A stretch of 64,000 nucleotides of DNA from Octopus bimaculoides (lineage: Eukaryota): assembly GCF_001194135.2 (NCBI RefSeq), contig NC_068995.1:15711328-15775327 (forward strand). Reading direction: 5' to 3'. Below are positions 1 through 11,943 of this stretch, in pieces; within the stretch, counting starts at the first letter, position 1, and every line of letters starts with the position of its first letter. The notes beneath the pieces are model-generated. The model was not told the DNA's origin and did no database searches. It saw nothing but the letters and a program-made list of their open reading frames with translations. The position numbers were made by a program, and so were the translations under genes.

Positions 1-255
1 TACATATATATATATACATATATATATATACATATATATATATACATATATATATATACATATATATACATATATATATATACATATATATACATATATA
101 TATATACATATATATACATATATATATATACATATATATATATACATATATATATATACATATATATATACATATATATACATATATATATATATACATA
201 TATATATACATATATATATACATATATATATACATATATATATACATGTATATAT
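1..255. repeat. Complex (TA)n/TACATATA microsatellite
   Basis: Direct reading of the sequence. Confidence 0.95.
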
Positions 256-563
256 ATCTATAACTTTCGAAACAGCCTGAGGTTTTGAAATATTTGTATA
301 ACTGCCAGATATATATCTATACATTCCTTACAGTGTTCAATGGATTATTGCATGTAATATGTGAAACTACAAATTATGTATCTGTACAAAATACTATACA
401 AATATAAAATATGCAACTTATACATCACAATATATACAATGTATATGAATTTAATATAGAAATAACATATAATAAATATTTGAAATGTATAAAATATATA
501 TATTATATATTATACACGTAATATATATGTGCGTGTGTGGATGAGAATATCTTAATGCGATTT

Positions 564-596
<33 letters not shown>

Positions 597-1398
597 ATAT
601 ATGTGACTTCAACTACACACACACACACACGTATAAAGGAAAAATGTATGTATTTAGGCGAGTGTATGAATATGTATGTACATGTATGCAAACATGTGTG
701 TATGCGTTGTGCGTGTGTCGCAGATACATATTAATAACATTAACACATATCTTTTATCACTACGAAACACACATTGCTCTTTAATAGATTCTGCTGCTTA
801 CATTACATAATTAGAACAAACTCTTTTTTTTTTTTAATTTTCCTGTGACGAAAACAAACGTGTTATATAGTTTCCCAACAAAAAACCCCAACATTAGGGT
901 ATTCAGGAACTGTGCAATGTGAGTGCAATTCTCATGGACCACGCCTACCCGCATGGAAGCTCTTCAGTTTAATTCTCCATTCCAGCATGGTGTTCTGTCA
1001 GCAGCAATGATATTTATTAAATGGCTCTATAATCAACATCCTTTCTTCACCATCGTCGCATTCCTGTCTTTACATGTGTTTTCTATACTCCTCGTAAAGT
1101 AAATCATCGCATATTTATTTTTGCTTCCTGTCTTGAAACTGCATTAAAAATCCCATTTGCTTTATATTTATTTAAATAATATATTTACGTAGACTCTTAT
1201 TTCAAAAGCATTGTTTTAATCTAAAAATAAACCAACTGCATACATTGCGTTAATAATAACAATAGCAATGAAGTAATTTGCAGTTTTCGGTGGTTGAGTG
1301 ACATAGGGTGACAGTTAAGTCGAGACGACCACGCTGTTTCTATCAGCGCATAAAACCACTTCTTTTCACTTGTATTATAATAACAGAGGCAGAGGTTA

Positions 1399-1600
1399 AG
1401 GCAGATAGCTGGCAGAAGCGTTAGCACGTCAGACTAAAATGCTTAACGGCATTTCTTTACGTTCCGAGTTCAAATTTCGCCAGTGGCAAATTAACCTCTC
1501 ATCACTTTAGGGTTTGATGAAATAAGAACCAGTCATGTACTGGAGCCGATAGTTTCAACTGGCCCTTCTCAAAATTTCAGACCTTGTAACGACATTAGAA
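1399..1600 (+). mobile_element. SINE family 1 copy (degenerate)
   Basis: Matches the in-window consensus GAGCTGGCAGAA..GTTAGCAC..GAGTTCAAATT..TCATC..GATAAAATAAGTACCAG seen best at 34410-34625. Confidence 0.75.
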
Positions 1601-2075
1601 AGGAAATATGCGCAACGGTGATTTGGCAGAACCGTTAAACTCTTGGACCGAATTCCTGGCGGTGTTCTTTGCCCAAATCTTCAGTGATAATGGACTGAAC
1701 TGAACCGTAACTAATCTGCACATCTTCTGATAACTCACGGATGGTGATTCGACGATTTCCTCTCACAGCTGCACGTAGATCTGCGATGTTTTTCTCAGTT
1801 CTGTTGGTTCCGTGTCTCCCAGAAAGTTCGTGACTATCGACATTTTTTCGGCTCATACACTCCTCTACATACACTTTCTGCAACTTTGCGTTGGCCTCGG
1901 TGCAGATATCGCAAAGCTTTCGGCAACGTTTGATGCAGATTCATGGTCAATGCGACGATCACACGCTATACACATTCCTTCCGAGCATTGCTGTAAACAG
2001 CGGAAATGAGCAAAAACGTTAAAACTTATTGTACATGCACAACAATGTTCAAAGTCAATCGGTACCAAGCGGCTT
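1600..2075 (-). pseudogene. Mariner-type transposase N-terminal HTH fragment, internally deleted
   Basis: Minus-strand translation CIKRCRKLCDICTEANAKLQKVYVEECMSRKNV...SGRHGTNRTEKNIADLRAAVRGNRRITIRELSEDVQISYGSVQSIITEDLG matches the bipartite HTH of mariner (Hsmar1/SETMAR-like) transposases. No catalytic domain or clear TIRs seen. Confidence 0.85.
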
Positions 2076-2203
2076 TACTCTGCGTGCTTTATCTTCGTTA
2101 ATAGTATCACTTTCCATCCAAATAAAGCACCGTAAAAATAGAATTATAAATAATTATCGACTGCTATTTCCAGGAAACATTGGTGCCTTGTTGTACCACT
2201 ATT

Positions 2204-2249
<46 letters not shown>

Positions 2250-3180
2250 CTAGCATAGATACCCGGCGTTGCTTGGATCAAAATGGCATAGTTTGTATAT
2301 ATGTTTATATTACAGGTATGTTGAAACAGGTGATACGCGAAAGCGCATCATTGATGACAAAACATTTGTGGAGTAAATGATGGGCTTATTCGACTAAACG
2401 ACTTGTCATTCGTCCGTTTGAAGTATTCCAGACCCTAACCAGTCATGGAAAATTGGGGGTAATGGGGTACGTGATTTCTGAACGCACCGAAAAGCTGTCA
2501 GTGGACATACTCTCCTTTGCGGCAGTCGGCGCTGCGTCTAGCGTGACCCATCACCTGAGGTTTTGACACCTCCTTCGGGTTTGTTGTCCTACATCACTCA
2601 TAAAGTACATTTAGAGGAACTGTGAGTGTTTATTTGTAGCTAACAGGGAACCAATGAGGTGATGCCCTTGAAATTTGAACGTTGGCGGAAATCAATGTTG
2701 AACTATCTCCTTAGAAGCACCAAACGATGTCATTTGAAATGCAGAGTTGTATTGTCTGATATTGTTCAGAAAATCCTTTGACTGCATGGTAGTGCCAGTA
2801 GATCTATAAGAAGTTGAGGAGAAGCTGGTAGTTCTAGCAATCTTACTTTACCGCATGAGCAGCACGTGTCATTAGTTTCATTTGGAAATTCTAAAACTTT
2901 GCTAAAATGACAATTTGTATTTAGCACACTAATTTGGACAAAATTATCATTTTTATAGGAATGAGATGGATCATTACTCAAAGCAGCTCCAGGAGTTGTG
3001 AAGTACGTATCTGCAATCATTAAAACGTTGTATTAATGATTCAGCATTAAGTGCTGCAGTATGCGTTTGCTGATCTTGAGAAAGTCTCAATCACAATTCT
3101 GTCTTGAGATTCCATTTGACGTGCTGTAGCACACCTTCCTGATCTTCATACTGACACACAAAAAATTTTATATAGAGAGA
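2250..3180 (-). mobile_element. Internally deleted Helitron with both termini
   Basis: Minus strand starts TC (3180-3179, TCTCTCTATATAAAA) after an A. It ends CTAG (2253-2250) before a T, preceded by a GC-rich subterminal motif (CCAAGCAACGCCGGG). This is the canonical A|TC...CTAG|T Helitron signature with no TSD. Confidence 0.85.
2550..2960 (-). pseudogene. Helitron Rep/helicase N-terminal fragment
   Basis: Frameshifted translation CHFSKVLEFPNETNDTCCSCGKVRLLELPASPQLLIDLL / QSKDFLNNIRQYNSAFQMTSFGASKEIVQH*FPPTFKFQGHHLIGSLL / FL*MYFMSD matches the zinc-finger and IRxYNSxFQMTSFG...FKxQGxxxHxIGSLL motifs of Helitron RepHel proteins. Confidence 0.88.
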
Positions 3181-3316
3181 TTATATGTAGAGAGATTAGT
3201 ATAAATATATATATTACACACATATAATATAAATATACATATATATATATATATAACATGCATACGTAATATAAATATGTACATATGTATCAATGTCCCC
3301 CCTCTTTCTCTCATAA

Positions 3317-3355
<39 letters not shown>

Positions 3356-3420
3356 CACATGTATGCGCACACACGCACAAACACACACACAGGCACGAAC
3401 ACACATGCACGCACTCACAC
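3180..3420. repeat. Compound (TA)n/(CA)n microsatellite
   Basis: Direct reading. Confidence 0.9.
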
Positions 3421-3949
3421 ATCTTGTTTCCCTAATTTCACTAGTTAATTTTGTCATTACCAGTTTCTTCAAAATCTGTTGTTTTTACATATTTCAACAC
3501 TTCATCTCCTACATTATGTATACAAATATGAGTACAGCGCGCGCACACACATACACACACACACACACACGGCTCACAAACTTCCATATCCATTTGGGAT
3601 ATAATACGAATTCGTAAGTTACTGATACCGGGTCATGGGGGAATAGTTTTCGGTGACTGGAGTCTTTACTTTCCTTCAGATTTTTTACAAGATAACATAA
3701 AACATACACCAGTTAGGTAAGTATTGATTGTGTTTGCTCAGTAGGTGTTACATTAGTACTTTACGGCTGGTTAGGGATTTCCACGTACTACAACACATGA
3801 TTACTACGCCTTGTGGATAGCTTGTACAAGAAATATTATAACGATAAGCGGCGCCATAGTAAAAGATATAAATCACGTACATTATAATTATTATACGTTT
3901 TCGTAGTTATGACCATGGGACGTATGGGCTGTTGGTTGACAGAAGCTGG

Positions 3950-4640
3950 AATGTACCGAAGTGAAAGTATGAGTGGAGTGTGCTGAATTGAAAGTATAGG
4001 TTTGGGTCTGTTAAAAACTAAAGTAAAAGTATGAGTAGGGGTTTGAGAGAAACTGGAATGTGACGAATGAAATTATGAATGGTCAGTAACAGAAATTTGA
4101 GTGTGCCGAATTATGAATGTGAGTAGTGGTGTGTGCCGACTATGAGTATGAATAGTGGTGTGTGCCGAACTACGAGTATGAATAGTGGTTTGTGCCGAAG
4201 TATGAGTATGAATAGTGGTGTGTGCCGAACTATGAGAATGAATAGTGGTGTGTGCCGAACTATGAGAATGAGTAGTGGTGTGTGCCGAACTATGAGAATG
4301 AGTAGTGGTGTGTGCTGAACTATGAGTATAAGTAGTGGTCTGTGCCTAACTATGAGTATGAATAGTGGTGTGCGCTGAACTATGAGTATTAGTAGTGGTG
4401 TGTAACAGAAATTGGTGTCTGCCAAACTATGAGTAAGGATAGTTGTGTGACAAAATATTGAGTGTACTACCGAATTATAAATATGGGCTGTGATATGATA
4501 GAAATTGTGATATACCGAACTATGATTTGTGTTCTGTGATAGAAAATGGCGTGTGTTGTGTCATAGGAAGTGGAGTATGCTGAACTATGAATAGTGATAG
4601 GACAGAAAGTGGAGTGTGTCGAACTATAAATACGGGTAGT
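3950..4640. repeat. 30-bp minisatellite, unit GTGTGCCGAACTATGAGTATGAATAGTGGT; about 10 near-identical copies at ~4100-4430 with degenerate copies on both flanks
   Basis: Period-30 repetition is visible in consecutive 60-nt lines (4141-4380). Units abut directly with no spacers. Confidence 0.92.
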
Positions 4641-5312
4641 GATGTGACAGAAAGTGAGCTGTGTCTTAGACTGGCAACTTGACGGAAGGAGAAAGTTTGG
4701 ACGATCTGGAAAGGATGCGCGTAGGATGAAACGAAAGTAATCGGTCTGTCTTGGCCTGAAATGAAGGTGGTAGCCAAATATTGCGTCCACCGTCATGAAA
4801 TAGTCGCTGTCCTATGCTCCTTATAGTGTAATGTAGACTAACTATTATTTGTCTATGCTGCACTATGCCGTTGTTTTCCTAGAAAATTGCTTTTATAATT
4901 AGCTGTCTTTATTAATATTACGAGACAGTGTCCTGCAATCTCTTTGGCTGCTATTTCTTGAACTGAAACTCTGATACGTTGAGTGACTTCTCAGAGCTTC
5001 CTGTGATTGGTTTGGATACTTTCTCTATTATTTTGAAAACGATACTGGATTATTCTAGATAATTAATTATTTTTCAATTCTTTCACTTGTTTCTGTCATT
5101 GAAATTTGGCCATGCTGCAGCACTGTCTTGATGGCTTTAGTCGTTCAGATTCACCTTGTATATAACTTTTCTACTGCTTATTCTATCAATTTTCTTTTAC
5201 CGAACTGCTAAGTGATGGAGACATAAAAACATATTTCCTCCCCAAAATACAGAAAACCAACAATACTAGGTATTACACAAATCCAACACCATATATTTGT
5301 CAATATATGATA

Positions 5313-5525
5313 CAAGGGGGCACTGAAAAGTTCCTGGTTTTAAGGGTATCACGAAAGGCCTGGCTGGAGGCCCACACTTCTGAGTACTTTTACAGGGCTT
5401 AGAAAAACTGAAAGACCGCTGCAATAGGTATGTGAATTTGAGAGGAGAATATGTTGAATAAAATCATAATTGATCCGCCTGCATATTCTTTTATTCAAAG
5501 CCAGGAACTTTTCAGCATGCCCTTG
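5313..5525 (+). mobile_element. Mariner-derived MITE (copy 1)
   Basis: TIRs CAAGGGGGCACTGAAAAGTTCCTGG / CCAGGAACTTTTCAGCATGCCCTTG, flanked by TA (5311-12, 5526-27). The interior encodes the mariner transposase C-terminus FLQGLEKLKDRCNRYVNLRGEYVE*. Confidence 0.9.
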
Positions 5526-5805
5526 TATATTTGAAATATGAAACGTAGCAAAGCATTACCATCACTTGCGAGTACGTATAATTTGGTAGTAAGTACCATG
5601 CTTACGCTAAGTGTTTTAGGTGCCTGTGGAGTCATGAGCAGACAAATACTTTCTCACTATATATATAAATATATATANNNNNNNNNNNNNNNNNNNNNNN
5701 NNNNNNNNNNNNNNNNNNNNNNNNNNNNNNNNNNNNNNNNNNNNNNNNNNNNNNNNNNNNNNNNNNNNNNNNNNNNNTATATATATGTATATATATATGA
5801 AATAT

Positions 5806-6057
5806 GGAGAGGCGCGAGGTTTAGTGGTTTGGGTGTGTTGCAATCGTGATCGTAAGATTGTGCTTTCGATTCCTGGACCGGGCGATGCATTGTATCCTTA
5901 ATCAAAACATTTCGTTTCACGTTGCTTCTTTTCACTCGGCTGGCAACAATGAGTACTCCTAAAACGAACCAACGTATCGTCCGTGTGAAGTAGGAGAATA
6001 CTTACACCACAGAATCCGCGAAACCGGCTTCGAGAGCCTACGACTCGGGAAGAAACT
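5806..6057 (+). mobile_element. tRNA-derived SINE, head B + tail X
   Basis: A-box-like GGTTTAGTGG and B-box-like TTTCGATTCC. Head shared with 32451 and 8672(-); degenerate tail shared with 19990-20100. Confidence 0.7.
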
Positions 6058-6129
6058 TTGGTCCTTTGTTGTATGAAATATATGACATTAATACAGGCTC
6101 AGCGATAGTTGTCAGATCAAAAATGTTGC

Positions 6130-6505
6130 TTTGCAACCGAGTGGAGTTCCTAACCACAGGATTCAGGGTTCAGTTCCACTGCGTGGCCCCTTAGGTAATT
6201 GTCTCCTACTATAGTTTCAGGCCGATCAAAGCCTTGTGTGTGTGGATTTGGCAGACGGAAACTGATAGAAACCCGTTGTGTGTGTGTGTGTGTGTGTGTG
6301 TATCTTTACCTTTCACCGCGTGGCAACTAGCGTTGGTGTGTTTACATCCTCGCAACATAGTGGTTCGGGAAAAGAGACAGATAAAATAAGCATCAAGTTT
6401 TAAAAAATAAGTTCAGGAGTCGATACGTTGGACTAAAATTCCTCAAGACTGAACTCCAGCATGGCCGCAGTCTAATAACTGATGCTAGAAAAAGATAAAA
6501 AGTAA
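6130..6505 (+). mobile_element. SINE family 3 (tRNA head C, internal (GT)n)
   Basis: GGGTTCAGTTCCACTGCGTGGC..TAGGTAATTGTCT..CTATAG..GGCCGATCAAAGCCTTGTG..GACGGAAACTG, a microsatellite, then a CAGCATGGCCGCAGT..AAAAGATAAAA tail; recurs at least 10 times in the window. Confidence 0.85.
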
Positions 6506-6663
6506 AGGACATTCATTGTTGTAAATGAAATATTTTAGCACTTCTTTGTTTCCAAGGACCCCCAAAAGTATAAGTATTTAAGTTATCAAAAGTAAGCAGT
6601 TCTTAATTTTTAGGAAGGAAAGTAAGGTAGCCAACGGATGTCTGCTTGCGACATACTATAAAG

Positions 6664-7068
6664 CAAACATGAGCAACCTTTTTCGAGATGCAGACCGCAT
6701 GAGACATGGCTCATCATCACGCGGCTGCATTACTAAATAAGAAATTTGCAGTAAAGTAGCATGATAATGATGTGAGACGTAGCATGCAGACCATTATGTA
6801 ACTTGTTTGACATAGCGTTTTCATTCTCCTCTTCCGTTTTATTTTTTTATTTTTCTCTTCCGTTTTATGAATTCAGTCTTTACATGCGCACTGCGTGTTC
6901 ATACTTACCGTTTCCCCACTCAGAACCGATTACAGATCACAACCATCTCACGAACCAGCGGATGTGAGGAGCGCTTTGTGCGCTGATGGTTGTGAGGAAC
7001 GAATATGATAATTTGTCGTTAGGTGCGCCGCCCAGAATGTCCTACGCGCCATGGTTTGCCCATGACTG
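6664..7068. mobile_element. hAT (Charlie-like) MITE
   Basis: Perfect 8-bp TSD CTATAAAG (6656-6663 and 7069-7076). Imperfect TIRs CAAACATGAGCAACC / GGTTTGCCCATGACTG. An 8-bp TSD is diagnostic of hAT elements. Confidence 0.88.
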
Positions 7069-7188
7069 CTATAAAGCATCCAGTGTAATGCCGTCGTTAT
7101 AGAAATTGGAACCACTAAATGTTTTAAATAAATTTCTAATTAATGTGAGCAAACCAAGGCTGCTAATTGCTCAGAGATATAAAATGTT

Positions 7189-7194
<6 letters not shown>

Positions 7195-7265
<71 letters not shown>

Positions 7266-7320
7266 NNNNNNNNNNGAGAAAGAGAAAGAGAGAGAGAAAG
7301 AAAGAGAGAAACAGTAATTA
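7195..7320. repeat. (GA)n microsatellite with small gap
   Basis: Direct reading. Confidence 0.95.
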
Positions 7321-7596
7321 AAGGAAAACACATGAGACAATTATTTTTCTACAAAATTATGGCTCTCTTCTTCGCAATTAATTGCGGTGAACATTCAAAA
7401 TTGAATAAACAACTGCAACATAATGCTAATGGATATCTATTGAGGTATACCAAAATAGTTTGTCTTATGAAATTGTCATTGCAGACTTATTTCACCAAGG
7501 AAAATTATTTATCATGAAAGAGATTGAGCTCATCTATTATCAGGAGTATGACATGGTGCGTTAAAATAACATCATCACCACACAAACATACACAAC

Positions 7597-7638
<42 letters not shown>

Positions 7639-7879
7639 ACGCTTTCATATCTTACCCGCTGAAATAGTTTTGCTTATTTTTGCCCCACTCCCAAAGAATC
7701 CCAAACAAAACAAACCCTTTTACTCATTGACCTGAACAAACAACACTTAATGAGGAATTTTCATTTAACTGGGTCCCAGGAAGCGAAAAATCGCCCACGT
7801 TTTATGTTCAAAACGGTACTAGGAATAGCAAAAATATGGTGGTTTATTTGAATGTTTTCAGTGGAAGAAAGAAATCGTG

Positions 7880-7951
7880 TCTCTCTCTCTCTCTGTCTCT
7901 TTCCCTCTGTCGTTACACACACACACACACACACACACGCACACTTGTATG

Positions 7952-8025
<74 letters not shown>
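7880..8025. repeat. (TC)n-(CA)n-(GT)n compound microsatellite
   Basis: Direct reading. Confidence 0.95.
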
Positions 8026-8349
8026 TGTATTAATTGAAATGGATAAAGCAAGTTATTGATATTCTGAGCCGTTCATTACAAATGTTTCAGTAATCTTTCA
8101 CTGATCAGATGGAAATTATCGAAATGTCGATTAAAATCAGAAATAGCCTTGCATTCAATATCAGTGATCTGCTATTGAACAGATGTACCTATCTATAAGC
8201 GTTTCAACTTCTCAGGCTTCTGCGGTTTAGGTCAGAATAAAAAAAATCATGTATATTTATACTGCTTCGTATTCAAAGAAGAATTATGTTTCAGTATTTC
8301 ATTTCAATATAAGCTTCGCAGTCTCTGNNNNNNNNNNAAAAAAAAAACC

Positions 8350-8672
8350 CTCTTCGGTCATGACTGACCATCAGATTGCATCTAGAAACTTACTCTCTGT
8401 GGTACAAATCCGGCTAAGGTTGTTTATGGCAGAACAGCAGTCGCCCATGCTTACTAGTTTCCCCTCTCCACGCCTCTGATGTTATCCAAAGGAAAGGCAA
8501 AGGCCGATACAACTTAACACCAGTGACGTCGCAACTCATTTCTACAGCTGATTGAAGTGGAGCGACGTGAAATAAAGAGTCTTGCTGAAGAACACAATAC
8601 ATAACATGGTTCGAGAATCGAATTCACTACGTCATGATTGTGAGCTCGACGCTCTAGCCACTGAGCCATCGC
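8350..8672 (-). mobile_element. tRNA-derived SINE, head B + tail Z
   Basis: Reverse complement begins GCGATGGCTCAGTGGCTAGAGCG..GAATTCGATTCTC (A/B boxes), then GTGTTCTTCAGCAAGACTCTTTATTTCACGTCGCTCC..CAGCTGTAGAAATGAG. The tail recurs degenerately at ~49390-49520. Confidence 0.8.
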
Positions 8673-9262
8673 GATCAAAGCTGTGTCTAGTTATTATTTG
8701 GAATGAAGTAAGAACAAGGGTTAAACTTAGTCAAAACTGCAAGAATGACATTCTAAAATTCTCTAACCTCTAATTTCCTCTCTTTGGTAATTTGTGCAGA
8801 TTTAGACCTATTTTATGGCTGCTTCAGATCTAAGTCTACAACGTGTAGCTATTGTCCTTCTCTGTTTGTTTCTCTTGATTGGAAAAATAACGATGTAGTT
8901 TACACGTGTAAAGAACTTATCAATGGAATTCACATCGAATTTAATATACAATGGGGTATATTTTAACCACTTCATTAAGAGAATAGAATACTCTTTTCTC
9001 TGTCTCTTTCTCAAAGAGAGAAAAACGAGAGAGAAAACTAAAGAGAGAAACAAGATATGAGTGAAATAAGGCCACGTTGTCGTTTTTAATAAGTAGTAAA
9101 TATAAGCGTCAACGTTTGTTAGTATATTAATAGTTAATGTTATAAAATAATTCGATAGCATGGGTGTGGTGGTGGTGGTGGTGGTGGTGCATGCGAGGTC
9201 GTCGGAAGCAAGATAAAGCTTTTCTAAAAAAAACACATTGTCGGCAATATAACATATCATGT

Positions 9263-9480
9263 TAAAGCGGCGACCTGGCTGAATCGTAAGCATGCCGGGC
9301 AAAATGTTTAGTAGCATTTCGTCTATCTTTACGTTCTGAATTTAAAAGCCGCCGAGGTTGACTTTGTATTTCATCCTTTCGAGGTCGATAAATTAAGTAC
9401 CAGTTGCGTACTGGGGGCGATCAAATCGACTGGCCGCCCTCCCCCTCCAAAAAAAAAATTTTGGGCCTTGTGTCTAGGGT
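9263..9480 (+). mobile_element. SINE family 1 copy
   Basis: Matches 34410-34625. Confidence 0.85.
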
Positions 9481-9484
9481 AGTC

Positions 9485-9905
9485 GCAGGCATGGCTATGT
9501 AAGCGCAGGTATGGCTGCGCGTTAAGAAGTTCGCTTGGCAAGCACGTGATTTCCGATCAACTCCCACAGCACGTCACCTTGGGCAAGTGTCTTTAGCTAT
9601 AGCCCTGGGTCGACCAATGTCGTATGAGTGAATTTGATAGACGGAAACTGTGGAAGCTTGCCACATACATACATGCATGCATGCATGCATGCGTGCGTGC
9701 GTGCGTGCGTGTCATCGTGTATAGGTCTGTGTTCTCAGCTACCCCTTGGCAACTGGTGTTGGCTTGTTTATATTCCAGTAGCCTAGTGGTTCACTAAATA
9801 GGACTGATAAAATAAGTACCAGACTTAAAAATATATATGTACTGGGGTCGAGCTGTTCGACGAAAGCAAACCTTCGAGCCAGTGCCCCAGTATGGCTGCA
9901 GTCCA
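9485..9905 (+). mobile_element. SINE family 3 copy
   Basis: Head C, internal (CATG/GCGT)n tract, shared tail. Confidence 0.8.
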
Positions 9906-9934
9906 TGAAATTTGGGGCATCGATGGTAGTCCCC

Positions 9935-10075
9935 GACTTATGCTTATTTCATTTACACCGAAAGGATGAAAAGCAAAGTCGACCTCGGTAGAATTTCAAC
10001 TCAGAACGTAAAGTTGGACGAAATACCACTAAACATTTAGTCCGGCGTGCCAACTTTTCTTCCGGATCGCCACCT
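9935..10075 (-). mobile_element. SINE family 1 copy (partial)
   Basis: Reverse complement of the family 1 consensus (GGATGAAAAGCAAAGTCGACCTCGG..TTCAACTCAGAACG). Confidence 0.85.
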
Positions 10076-11111
10076 TTAAAGAGGAAACAGATAAAAGCAA
10101 GACAACGTCCAAGGGAAAAAACGAAGTAGTCATATCCAGAATGCCTTTGATCATAGGTCTGGTCCAATCAATACCAGTATCGACCTGGCATTGATTGGAG
10201 CAATACAACAATAATAACTCCGGAGAAATATATAATGCAAATTCAGATTTTTCGCGAGAATTGAACTCAGGACCATTAGGACTAAAAGCTAAACAATGTT
10301 ATTCATTCAGTGGTTTAGCCTACCGCCTGTGTTAAAATTCAATGCTCCAAATTGTTTACAGACTATAACAATAAACCTAATTAATCTTATTATGTGACCA
10401 TTTTTGAATATTCATAACATATTTTTCTCTTTCAAATTAGTTAATTACGTTTCTAGTCAAATCTATTAGGTTCTACAATTCAATTTATTCATGTTATAAG
10501 TTGTTTAATGAATGGAAATTATGAATCTAACTAAACCGAGAAAGTCGTTTGGTAAATCAAGCTTAAACTATTGACATATATTGGCTCATTAGTTTCAAAC
10601 ACTTCGCCCCGCGCCTTTCTTTCCTCCTTCCTCTCAATTCTTTCTCCCCTTCCTAAATCATAAGAGACAAAGTAAGAATAATATCGGAATTACTTCCAAT
10701 TCTTTAGTAACTGTATTAGATCGGGAAATAGATTAATCTAATTTTGAGTGAAAGCGATGACAGCACCCAATAAGACTACTACTACTACTATTTCTTCTTG
10801 TCGTAAAAGCAATTTTGGTGCAGTTAATTCTTTGACAAACTGGACCTTTTAAGATGAAGACAATGCTAAGAAATAACAGAATACATTGCTGCGTTTGTTG
10901 TTGTTAATTGCCATAATTCCATTCATATCGAAGATGCTTTCCAGCGATATTTAATTGACTCCTGTACTTTTCTGGTAATTTATTTTATCGATCTAAGAGC
11001 GATGAAAGGCAAAGCTGACCTGGGCGAGATTTGATCTCCGAACGTAATGATCCATAACTAAATACCGCTACCATTATATCTGACGGTTTAACAATTCTAC
11101 CAACGGCTCCG

Positions 11112-11300
11112 ATCAAGTAGACCTATGATCGAAATGTGTTCCGGCTGTGACTGTATCATGTCTTTTAGAGATAGTATATCTAGCATGCTATTCTCCAGCC
11201 ACTGCGTCTTCTTCGTTTTAAGATCGTGGAATATAATATGAGGGAGATTTGGAGGCAATTTCTAGTAGGTGAAACAATCAGAGGCCTCTTTCGTTAACAC
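11112..11300. mobile_element. Interspersed repeat family 4 (also ~14955-15130, 18700-18890, 22470-22860, 26880-27050, 50940-51130 inverted, 52040-52120)
   Basis: Recurring AGACCTATGATC....GTATATCTAG....GAGGGAGATTTGGCTGCTATTTCTAGCAGGTCGA motif string; class not determined. Confidence 0.6.
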
Positions 11301-11798
11301 CTGGCCTTCTATTTCAATGCTATTTGGGACAAATTCTTCATTGTATTATAAATGATAAATTCCAAAGGTGCTATTGTAGGAGCATACTGACCAGAGCATC
11401 AAAGAATTGTGCCATTTAGAAATGCAAGTAGCTTGCCCTCAATAACCCAACTAATTTAGCCGTAGATAGGAATCATATAGTTGGATGGGTGACACATGAA
11501 TTTTTAAGAGGTACCGTGTGGTGATATAGTTCGCCACTAGAAGCTGCGGAATTCTGAGTAACTGTCGGCGGCAGTGTTGGTTTATAGCGTCCAAGACAAA
11601 TTTTCCTTTATAGGAAGTTGTAGTTCATAAAATGAAGAACAGCCCTGAACCAGGAGATCTATGATCAGAAGTATTACAGTCTTAATAATATCTTTTAAGG
11701 AGAAACATACGACTTTGTTGTTTAATGTCTCCTCCGCTGAAACCAGTATGAGAAATTAAATGAAAGAAATTTGCCAGCTATTTGGAGTGGTTAGGGTT

Positions 11799-11907
11799 AG
11801 GCACAAACCACGTATAACGAACTATAAAAAGATGAATGAGAGAAGAAACGCTAAAAAACCGAGATGGCAGTACTTTTTTTATTGAATTTTCTATCATGGA
11901 ACTGTGC

Positions 11908-11943
<36 letters not shown>

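Noticed and set aside
537-784. YIYI/CVCV/HTHT/ERER ORFs throughout the window
   Set aside because: Dinucleotide microsatellite translations.
4100-4430. CRISPR-like regular 30-bp array
   Set aside because: Units abut with no unique spacers, there are no cas genes, and the context is eukaryotic; it is a minisatellite.
7600-7635. Poly(A) run as a processed-pseudogene tail
   Set aside because: No upstream coding sequence, polyadenylation signal or TSD.
8808-9317. 169-aa minus-strand ORF, the longest non-gap ORF
   Set aside because: Starts inside a SINE and crosses (ACC)n and TC-rich tracts; no recognisable domain.
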